Below are positions 52,856 through 64,000 of a stretch of DNA of 64,000 bases, in pieces. A program made the position numbers and the translations under genes. The notes below the pieces were generated by a model that saw nothing but the letters and a program-made list of their open reading frames with translations, did not search any database and was not told where the DNA came from. The stretch's first letter is position 1; every line of letters starts with the position of its first letter. Source of the DNA: Trichoplax sp. H2 (lineage: Eukaryota); assembly GCA_003344405.1 (NCBI GenBank), contig NOWV01000104.1, forward strand, positions 124,001-188,000. Reading direction: 5' to 3'.

Positions 52856-55800
52856 ATGGATCACATATCTGATGATGTTGATGATTGGTATGAAGTAGAT
52901 GACGATGATTATGATGACGTAAATAACATTGATGAGTCTTTCGATGAAGATGATCTGAGGAATGGTATTCAAGGACTTGATGAGCTCACTGTCAATGGCC
53001 AAGCCGATGGAAAAACTGTAATTGAAGATCAAGAAGAAGAAAGTGAATTAAAATTGATACAAAAATCAGGTAAGCGCAAGTTACAAATACCTTGCTAGGA
53101 CTTGTAATACGATTGATGAGGATTTAACATGCCAATAACTTGAAAAGGGCATCGTCTTTTCGTCGAAAATACTGTCTGATTTTTCATCAATTTTTATTGT
53201 TAACTGGGATAACAATTAACTTCTATCATTCTGAGCATTACTGTGATAATGCTATAGGTTTAATGTTTTATAAAAATACATGAATAATCTGAAATACGCG
53301 TAGTATCACGAAATACATGCTTAGATGTGAAGTTCACGCCATAGAAATTTCTCAATTCTACAATTAAATCCTACTTTCACACCTGCGTTAGCCTTGATAG
53401 CAAGGGACATGGTAGGACCTTTTGCTGATGAACAAGCGTATATGTTCCTATTTCATAATTTTTTTCTTTATCTTGGCCTATATTCAATGTAGAAATGCAA
53501 AAATTGCTAATGGGTCTTCGTAAAATGAAAATTCGTAGTTTACTCAGTTGTCATGTCAGACAAAATGATTAATCCACCATATGATATATGAAGATGCTGA
53601 TAGCCAATTCTATTTTCCTATAAACTATTGAAAACCTTCGAAAACACCGTAAACCTCGTATAGCATACTGCATAACCTAATGTGATGATCACGATAGCTA
53701 GGAAATGTCCAATTCTTTAAGCTCTGTAGCCTGCACAACTTATAATTTCGCGTTAACTTTTGGATTTCTACTTGCAACAAGTCAAAATGGAATTAATTAT
53801 TCTCGGTGATTACCGTTTCTATCACTTCAATTGTACAGTATTACAACATGAATGAAAATCGAGGTTAACCCATGAATACTTGTAAGCTCGTAAGCTGTAG
53901 ATGGGCGTATCTAGTTTCAAATGAAAGTATTAGCTTTGTTATATCTTGTTGTGTTGCCATTATTTGTGTGTAAGACTCTCTTATAGTAGGGAATTAAATC
54001 TTAAAATTTGCTATAATTGTACAGTTCAAGAATCATGCATTGGTTGTGGTTACAAATAAGGGAGCATGTGGAGTAAATTTTTTACTTTCTTCAGCATTTT
54101 AACTGGATGCTAACCATTGCAATAAATCTCAAGATTGATATTCTAACCGCATAAGATACAAAAATCAGACACTGCATACAATTGAAATTAAGCGAGTAAG
54201 TTGAATAAAAATGTCTGACTCAGCTGTGATCTAGTTGCAGCTATTAAATCTCAAGATTGGGGATTCTATTCGTGTAGTACAAGAGCCAGGCATTGTAGTG
54301 ATTGAAATGACGCGCTATCTACGTTACTATATTTTACTATAGACGCTAGCGGTTTACGTAAGCATCACCATTCTGACCGTGCGGTGTAGCCATACAATGC
54401 ACGTAGTTATTACACCGCATGTAGTTGAAATTAGGCATGCATAATTTAATGAATAAATTTATGTACCATCATCTCCAGCATGTTCAACGCTTTATCATAC
54501 TGCAGTACGTACTGTACATCTAATTTGATCAACTTTGTTGCGTATTTTTGCACAATCCCCACTGTCAAATTAATTAATTACTCAATGATGAAAACTCAAT
54601 TTACGTATCTACGGTGATCGCTTATTGCGAGACTGAACTATTGCAAGTAAGAATTCTACAAGCATTGACTATGTGATTTACTAAATTGCAACTAATAAGC
54701 TTAATTGTAGCAAATTAAAAATTTTACTCCTACAATATACATATTGTGAGACCTTTTAGTCATACAGTGCTTAGAATCGATTTATTAATCGATAAAGTCT
54801 GCGCCGAATTTGTCCAGAACTTTTAGTATTTAATAGAACTATTAACCTTAATAGAGCAGGAGGTGTTAAAATATTGTAAGTTCTTCATTAAACACTGCAC
54901 CTTATATCGAGAGCTTGGGGTGCTTAGAAAAAACTATTACTTGTGTTAACCGTAGTAATCACCAAAAGAAGGCTGCACACGAGTGAGCCACCAAGCTTTG
55001 GATAGGATAAGATATAGTATATATTTATTATAGCCAGCTTCCTCGGCGTTTTCTTATCAAGCTTAAGCTTGTATTAATTAATCAGTACAGTATTAACCCT
55101 CAAGCAACTAACAACACTTATAGCTAAGAAAGTTTAACTAATCAGTGCACTTTACCGATTTCACTGAACTATATATAGTACAGTAATATATAACGTACGT
55201 ACGCAAAATATCTCCTGCCAGTTACACTTCTTTATCTCACTAATTATGTTTCGAAATAGCATTCGCTTAAATGTATGTAATAAAATCAATAAAAGTAAAT
55301 ATATAAATCCCGCTTCAGTTACTTTTACGTACATATAATGATCTATGGATATGAACACTGGCAATGCAGCGATTTGTAATTCCTTTCAGTAATACTGTAA
55401 TTATTAAATAGTATTATACGCATTAATTTGTGTCTATCTTAATTCTCAAGACAAACTATTATGAAATGATGAAATAGACGTTACAGAAATAACGAGATTA
55501 ACGAGGGTTACATTCAGTAATTAAAAGTTACCGGTAATATCTCCGTCATATGATTTTTATGCTTATGGTATATAGGATTCCTATCATGCTGATAGGTAAC
55601 ATTATGAAATGTTTGAATCAGAATAGAATAACAATATTGAACAGGGCTAACGTCAATTTAGCTGATATCAGTAAACTATATGTTGTATATACATCTACTT
55701 CATCAATTCATAGAAAGCAAATTGTACTTTAACAGTATACAATGAACTCTTTGGTCAAATGCAATGGTAACGGTTGTTATACTGCATAATTAGATATTGG

Positions 55801-58800
55801 GGCGTTGAAAGTTTAATTATTTCTTGATTTTGATTGAATTCAGTCGCTCACATATTTCCATATTCCTATAGCATGGTAATTTGAAATATGTTAACTGATT
55901 TGCTATGATTATGTAGTATTTTGTATTAAGTTGACTGATATAAAGCCTCATACATCAGGATGTTCAGACACGAGTATAGTCTGAAGTTCTCGGATTAGCT
56001 ATTACTCGATCTTTCTTGATTTTTCGTATAACTTACGCAGGTTATTCAGTAATGCAAATATAAAGATTAATAAAATGGGGTGGGTCTTTAACTATGAACT
56101 ATACAATACTAACATAATAAATAATTTCAATTGCAAGATCTTAGCAATGAAAATATCAAAATTAATAAAATAGGGTTTACGGACGTAATTGGATATAATT
56201 TTATTTTTAACATTACGACATATTTATATTAAGCAGCTCTTATGATAACGTATTTGCTCAAAGAAATCTCACACCTAGTATACTTTAATGGATAGTACAG
56301 ATAATTGCGGTTGTCAATAGTTGAATGATTACTAATTATTATAGTACATTAGTATTATAGTATTAATAGGTCAATAATAAATTTATTCAAAATCGTATGC
56401 GTACAGTAAAAGTTAGCATATCTACAATGCCTTATTTACGGTTTGTACTTTAAGCTAAGCTAGAGACGAACCTTTGTAGGCTCTCTTTGTAGATTATCTT
56501 GTGAGTAGTACTAATAAAATCTGATCACGCTCCATCTCATCGTATTTAACGATACTATTACCAGAATTTAGGTATGCTAAGTCACGCCAACGGATCCCTT
56601 CTGAAAAGATAGCAACATCCCTAGGCCAGTTTTTCAAGTAAGGTTTTCTGGCATCATTCTGTATCTGAATTACTGTAATAAATTATTGCAATATTCGTAT
56701 AATAATATTTGTTAATCAATTAAACAGTTGTAGAAGGAAAATGTAAAAGGCTGAGAAAGCCTTGTTAATTTTTACAAGGTCCAGATTACTGCTATTGTTT
56801 TTACAGTCGTATTTTAAAATGAAAACATTAAGATTGTTATCACATTTTAATCAATTTTCTTATCTATAAAGTTTGATTCGTTCAGCAATTGGTAAAGAAT
56901 TATGGCGTGTTACAATGCCAATTCACTTTAACGAGCCATTGTCTCTGATGCAGGTAAATTGTGTAGTCGAAATATTTATACTTCTATACTCATTTGATAT
57001 TACATCTAATGATGTAAAAGCTATCGGAAAAACTATAGATACTACGGATAGCAATCTAATTATTATGGTGTATACTATATAGTCGATTCATCTGCTATGA
57101 TAACACAAAATAATCTAGAGTCTTAATATCATTTCAGAGAATCTGTGAAGATTTAGAATACGCATACTTACTGAATCAAGCTGCTGGTAATAAGATTGCT
57201 ATTATTGATTCGATCTTATGCAAATGTATCGTATCATAGAGTAATTGATTATAACATTACTGACGAGTTTACGTTTATGTCTGGTATCTGTAATTTTATC
57301 AGAATTATTATAAAACAAATGTAGGACTAATAATTATAACTTATTTACTAAAAGAATGCAAAGACTCTATGAGGCGTCTAGCGTTGGTTACAGCTTTTGC
57401 CGTCTCGCCTTTCTCTACAACGATTGGAAGGTAAATGTGCTACCAATACAGTATTGTAAAATACTTACAATTATAGGATGTGATCTAGATCAACTGCTTT
57501 TTAATATTATCGTCATCATTGCACAATGCACACGTCACTATTATAAGGAAAAGAAAATTTTATCGAAATTTTTTATATTTCGTAGGTATAGTAAACCATT
57601 CAATCCGCTACTTGGTGAAACGTTTGAGCTTATCGATGATAACTTGGATTATTGTTGTTTCTGTGAACAGGTAATTTAACATTTACAAGGCTATTAATAG
57701 TAATGTATCTGCGTTTACTTTGGCAAATATTGTTATATTTTAGCTATTACATGAACCATAACAACAATTGCAAATTATTATCCATTGTAGGTTAGCCATC
57801 ATCCACCAATCTTAGCTATGTATTGTGAAGGAAGAACCTGGAAATTATGGCAAGAATATAAGTTTGATTCTAAATTTCGTGGACAAGTGCGTTGTTTTGA
57901 ATCATTTATTCAGATTATACTTGCTAGTTTTACAAAATAATACTCTTTATATTTTAATATCACGTAGTTTCTACGCTTATCGCCTACTGGAGATGTCCAT
58001 GTTAAATTCAAAGATAATCAACACCACTATTCGTGGAATAGACCAGATACTATTGTACATAACTTACTTATAGGATCTATGTGGGTTGATCAGGTACTCG
58101 TTATAGCGCTAAGATACATAACTACCTTTGAAAGGAATTCTTAGCATTCAGATGATATCATAATTTGATTAAAATAGGATGGAATTGCTAAAATTACTAA
58201 TCATCAAACGCAAGAAATCTCTCTTATGGTTTATGATTCATGGAATAAAGCCGGAAGAAGTTACAAGAATGTAAAATGTAGGAAAACTGTTACGACTTCC
58301 GAAATCGAATTTTATTATTTACTAAATCTAATTTTTTAAATTTGCATTAGGTAAAGTTAGAGATGCAAAAGATAAGATTAAATTTGAATTAAATGGAGCG
58401 TGGGATTCCTATTTAGATTGCACCTCGGTATCAGGTATATATTCACGTATACTGCGTTAATATTGTTTATTCAACCTTCAAGATTAGAATAAAATCTTGA
58501 ATTTGATAGATATGAAAACTGAACGTCTTTGGACTATAGGAGAGAGACCGGCGACATCTACCAGGTTGTATTTTGATCTCAGTATTGGAGGTATATGCGT
58601 ATGCTTTTAACATAATAAATGCTTAACATTATTGATACAGAATGTATGGATTCACACGTTTTGCGATGAAACTTAATCAATTGCAGGAAGGTTAGATATA
58701 CAACCCTTCTTGGTGGAATATAATTAAATTATGTCTTGAATATACACTTTGTTGTTACATATTAGTTTTGATAGCTTTATCGATTAATGATTTCCATCGT

Positions 58801-59269
58801 ACTTGTAGGTGTTTGCCCCACGGATAGTAGGTGCAGACCTGATCAAAGGCTAATGGAAGAGGGAAAGGTATCCGTAGAAGTGTTTAAGTTACCTAGAATA
58901 ACCTAGAAATTAATTCTAACAATTATTTTCTTTATTTTATCACGCTGTGCTGTTAAGATACTGGAAGCTTCTAAAGAGAAGCATAGACTTGAAGAAAAGC
59001 AGCGTGCTGTCCGTCGGTATCGTGCAAATGAAAAGATAGAGTACAAGCCCAGGTGACTGCCTAAAAAATTAATATTGCTCTGGAAACTCTTACTAAAGTT
59101 TTAGAGTTTTGTAATCCTAGAATTATGCTTACTTTGACTTTCTAACATTATCAGGTGGTTCGTTATGAAGAAAGATCCAGATACCAATGAATATTACCAC
59201 ATGTATGCTGGAGGATACTGGAAAGCCAGATTAGATGGAAACTTTATAGATATTCCGGAAATATTTTAA
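52856..59269 (+). CDS. Oxysterol-binding protein-related protein, short form (ORP1/ORP2-like; acidic N-terminus plus ORD); multi-exon
   Basis: Acidic exon 52856-53069 splices in phase to 56565. Then LIRSAIGKELWRVTMPIHFNEPLSLMQRICEDLEY, KPFNPLLGETFEL, the ORD signature EQVSHHPP, VHNLLIGSMWVDQ, PTDSRCRPDQRLME, EKHRLEEKQR and ...DIPEIF* (TAA 59267-59269). The start codon is uncertain because there is a splice acceptor at 52840. Confidence 0.9.
54121..54320. repeat. Degenerate duplication, period about 124 bp, in the long first intron of the ORP gene
   Basis: taaatctcaagattg..attcta..tacaa..cag(a/g)..ca(c/t)tg..attgaaat occurs near 54123 and 54245. Confidence 0.7.
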
Positions 59270-61029
59270 TTTAAATACAAAATTGGTTCATGATGTTTAT
59301 TGAATTTTCTTGCTTTCGCACGAAGCTCGATTTCTTTTGCTATTCAATTTATGTTTATTTACAATATCACATACTATAGTCACATTTTAATTAATCATCT
59401 GCGTACATACAAGTATACAACACCTATTTTATGCCATGCGAATTGATTTGTTTATAAAACTTACAATTTACTTAATTTTAAAATTTATTGCAATACACTA
59501 AAGCTGACGGATCGTAACACATGTCCATTGCACTTTAGAATATTGATCTCGCTACTAAACGAATGCGATAAACGTTTAACTGCTAATGTTACATTTTCTG
59601 TAACCAAAATGTACTGTAATAATAAGATTACATATCAATTTCTTTAATGACTTTTAACGATTTATGTAATGACTGTTGTTTAATACCAAAGATGAATACT
59701 GTGTACAAACTAAATTTAAATTTAAATTTCGTATATCGACACTATAATTGCATATTCTATGATTAATGCTGCTAGTACGAGACGGTTCATTCATGCTTAA
59801 GGCACATTTATGAATAAAGATCCTTAAAAAATTTACTGGAACCCATCACCAAAGTAATTACGAATTGTAATATAACATATAGCATTGCTGTAAACTGCTC
59901 ATTAGGTAATGACCGCATTACGCTTGGTTAACTAACTTAATCAGACTGCACAGATAATAAGCGATATAAAATGCTTCAAGTACGTAGTATCTGTTAATTA
60001 AATTAGTAGTTTTTACTGATAATAAAGGAGTGACTTAAGCAATATCCATTTTTCATAGCGCCCTTAGTTTTGTTTCTTCTAATTCCCTGGTAAATATACT
60101 TATCAAATCTCATTACAACAATTGTTTTGTCTCATTTTAGACAGACTTATACTTACGTGTTTAAATTTATCAATTAGATAATACTATTAACGTGTACAAA
60201 TCTTCTTTACTCGCTTATATTAGTCCAATGCTTTAGTTATAGCAAATACAGTACAGTACGTTGCTATTTTAATATTTAGATAACGAGCAGGTGCGTAATA
60301 ATTTATACTGTAATTTGCTTTACAAATATTCTTTTGAGAGTGCAAATGTGCGTATGTACATGTAATTATTGTCCAAAGAGAGATAGACTAAGAAATCATC
60401 TTGTGCGCAAGCTGTTAATTTTCGGAATAATGATTGATTGATTTACAGATTGCTACACTCAGAAATGTCGCATCATCGGTCGTTTGATAGCCAATATAAA
60501 ATAAGATTTACGTATATGTATTTTAGTAAAATTCAGCTGATAAATAATATCAACTTCTCTTGAGATTTACCATTCTATAGACTGAAAACGAGAGGCCAGA
60601 AAGATCAATCTCGCACTTCTATTTTACCTTATCATCTATCTTATAGGTGAATAGAGTGCAAATATAACGATCACAATTTTAACCCTTAAAAAAAAGTATC
60701 AGGTTTTCATAAGTTATTCTAATTATTTATTAAGTATGCCAACATAGTAGAGATGTCTAGCTACAACGCTACTAATCTCACATAAGTCGTAATTACCTTT
60801 CGCTATAAATAAACACACGATAAATTCAATATGGATATTGGTGCCATAAGCAAAGTTTTTATTTGCATGAATGTTAATCCTAAAAATTAGCGAATGATTC
60901 TTGTAATAACTGAAGTGTTTTAAATTCTAATCGGTAAGGCTTAAAATATCCTTTAACCTGAATTGTAACAAATTTTAAAGAAATTAAAAGATATTTAGAT
61001 TGCGACCATTGCTGTCATACAATTCACGA

Positions 61030-64000
61030 TTAAGGGTTTCTAAAGTTTGCTCCAGCAAAAACGGCATTATCACCAAGTTCTTCCTCAATCCTAAATTAAA
61101 ATCACTTCGTTAAATCAGGTGTACGATGGATAAATTTTCGAATAATAGTGATCGCTACTATACCTGAGCAATTGGTTATATTTGCAAAGTCTTTCCGACC
61201 TGCAGGGCGCACCAGTTTTGATCTGAATTAAGCAAATTAAAAATTTATAGCAGGTAGTATATCAGTGGCACTAAAAAGTTATTATTTTAAAGGTCTGAAA
61301 TCAAGGTGTGAAATTTCGTACCTGTCCAGTACGCAAGCCAACAACGAGGTCAGCTATAAAGGTGTCTTCAGTTTCTCCACTACGATGACTGACCATGACG
61401 CCCCAACCGTTTTGTTGTGCCAATTTACAGCTGTATGATAATTTCGTTGTACATCGTATATTAAAATTAAAATTAAAAATGACCAATGGAGTAAAGTATC
61501 ATATGATAAATATATAAATCTACATACGCGTCAATCGATTCAGTTACGGAGCCAATCTGATTTACTTTCAAAAGTAAACAGTTACATGCTTTGCGCTCAA
61601 TGGCCGTTTTAATGCTGAAAGATAGAACGTTCTAAACTGACATTTTGCGATTAAAGGATACACTTTGCTATAAATACGTTATTCGATAGTATTCCTACCG
61701 CTTCGGATTAGTTACTGTTAAATCGTCTCTAAAAAATTTTTAAAATTTCAGAAAAATTCTAATTAGCCATACATCTTCTACAGTAGCAAAGCATGTGACC
61801 AACGTATCCTACCCGACAATTTGAATGTCAACAGCAGCTGTAAGAGCGGACCAGCTCTCCCAGTCATCTTGGTCGAACCCATCTTCTATTGATACGACTA
61901 AGACCAAACGAAAACATAAATATTATTCTTATAGCAAAAGCGCAAATGCCTGAGTAAGTTTAGAATGTATACTTGGGTAATTGGAGACGTAAGACTGGTA
62001 TAGTTTGACTAATTCGGATCCAGCAAGCTACAATTATAAGATTAACGTAAGTAAATGATACAGTATAGCCTCTACGACTAGAAATTAGAAATATATAAAA
62101 TAGAATTAAAATTTTGACAATACTACGTATTACGAATTCTTGTTATACCAAGTTGTCTGAACTAGCATTTGATTTCTTGAAGTCCAAATTGTACTTGCCA
62201 TTCTCACAGAATTCTAGAAATAATAACAAAAAAATTAACATGAGTTACAGCCATCGTAAAGTCTAAAAATTATTTAAACCTATACCAGACGCAGCAACAT
62301 CCATAGCAATTGAAATTTTTCCAGTATAACCGGCTTTTTTAATAGCCTCCTGTAGCAGTTGTAAAGCTGAAAGCAGCAAATAATAGTATTACCAACGACT
62401 GTTTGAATATCATAATAAATGACGTGATAATTTTCTTACCTTCACCACCATCAGCAAAGTTTGGAGCGAAACCACCTTCATCACCGACATTGGTTGCTAT
62501 AAAATGAAGTATTGTTCCAGTTAACTGAAATTACTTAGCTAAAATCTGGTAGGAATCAATTTAACTATTAAACATTGAAGTTTTTTATAATTACCATCTT
62601 GTCCATATTTAGCTTTGATAATCGACTTTAGGTTATGGTAAACTTCACAACCCATTCTCATGGCTTCACTAAACCTGCTAGCTCCAGTTGGTAAAATCAT
62701 AAATTCTTGCATAGGCAATAGATTACCGGCATGTTTTCCTCCATTAATGACGTTGAATGCCTGCAAATCAAGTTATAATATTCCTATATTAATAGTATGA
62801 CATGATATATAAATCGATGTACAAATGTAATAAAAGTTAAGGTAGTTCGAGAATTAGTACAGAAAGGCCTTCAGTAATTTATATTCTGGGCATGGTAAAA
62901 CGATAAATGAACTATTTTTATTACACTTACAGGCACTGGCATGATGATTTTTTCATTACCAGCTAAGTCAGCAATGTGACGGTAAAGAGGAACACCCTAG
63001 ATTTAAAATAATTTTTCCTTATTGCAATCAAAATGATATAGTATGTATATTACTTATTTTGACTGGATTAAAAGCAACCACTACATAATTTTGGTTAAAT
63101 AGATTATCAACTAGCTATTACCACCAAAGCGGCATTTAAAACAAATTGAAGCATTCACATTACTTTGTGTGCAGCTCCGGCCTTACAAACAGCGAGCGAA
63201 ACACCAAGGATAGCGTTTGCGCCTAATTTGGCTATGAATAAATGGTATTTGAACATTTACTACGCCACAATATACAGTATCAATCAACATCAAAAATGAT
63301 CGTCATGAAGTGGAGATAACATACACTTATTCTCTGTTCCGTCTAACTGTAGCATTAATTGATCAAGTTCCTTTTGCTTTGTAACTGCTACACCCTAAAT
63401 TGTAAATCCATACAAGGTTCGATTTCAATATCCTTATTCTTAAGCATTTGTAGCTTAAGTTAGTCAAGACTTGGTCTAGTACTTGATAGCAATTTGTCAG
63501 ATTGTATAGTCAACTTACGGCCTTAATTAATGCTGGCCCAATGACATCATTGACATTACTAACAGCTTTGAGCACACCTTGCATATAATTAATACCAAGA
63601 TTGGAAGCAAATTAGTGGGTGAATATTCATGGAACAAGCTACTCGATTTTAAAACGAGCTATTCAGGATGTAATTTCTAATTTCTAATCGTCAATCTACT
63701 TTCACTCTAATCACTGCTAATTCATTCAATCATCCTCAGCAACTTAAGCTATAAATTAGTTCGACGCGCATAATGGTGTTTCGTCTAGTCCAACAGATCC
63801 GTAGTCATTTTATCAATTGTGAATTAGATTCATTCAACTTGAACGAGTTCTGCTAGAGTCTATTTACATTAATGACTAGTACTTTTCTGCAAGACATTTT
63901 GATTTAATTAGACCAATTGTATGCCTCTTGTATAACCTTATAATAGATAATAAAAGTCAATTTTTTTCCTTTACTGCAACGACAATACAGTACATAACCA
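61030..64000 (-). CDS. ENO: Enolase (2-phosphoglycerate dehydratase); N-terminal ~60 aa lie beyond the right edge
   Basis: Exons from 63577 down to 61030 give [128 protein letters not shown] and FAGANFRNP*. Confidence 0.97.

Noticed and set aside
8110-59269. Apparent endolysosomal cluster (VPS15, PLEKHM2, ORP)
   Set aside because: The genes are separated by unrelated genes and show no sign of co-regulation; probably coincidence.
61160-61225. Enolase ERLCKYNQ instead of ERLAKYNQ
   Set aside because: Small-residue substitution; the catalytic Lys and the other active-site motifs are intact.
61653-61661. GTATCCTTT (U12-type donor consensus) on the minus strand in enolase
   Set aside because: It lies mid-intron; the reading frame is restored by the ordinary GTAGGA donor near 61698.

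Overview
AT-rich eukaryotic DNA, dense in short (~70-100 nt) GT-AG introns. Gene content and style suggest a compact non-bilaterian animal genome, most likely a placozoan (Trichoplax-like); this is an inference. Ten protein-coding genes are supported, in order: CDKAL1 (-, runs off the left edge), intronless SIRT2-like sirtuin (+), intronless DNAJC4-like (-), PIK3R4/VPS15 (+, ~45 exons, two GC-AG introns), a C-terminal SH2 adaptor (-), NBL1/DAN BMP antagonist (-), a two-RRM nucleolin/Nsr1-like gene (-), PLEKHM2/SKIP (+), an OSBP-related ORP1/2-like gene (+) and enolase (-, runs off the right edge). The most striking unexplained structure is a set of self-complementary (TACAG/CTGTA)n arrays. They sit in all three head-to-head housekeeping intergenic regions and upstream of the ORP gene, so they are a candidate bidirectional promoter element. 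The gene-poor region around NBL1 instead holds degenerate 160-290 bp tandem duplications and decayed ORF remnants. No rRNA, tRNA, CRISPR array or intact mobile element was recognised. Exon coordinates were read by eye and may be off by a few bases.
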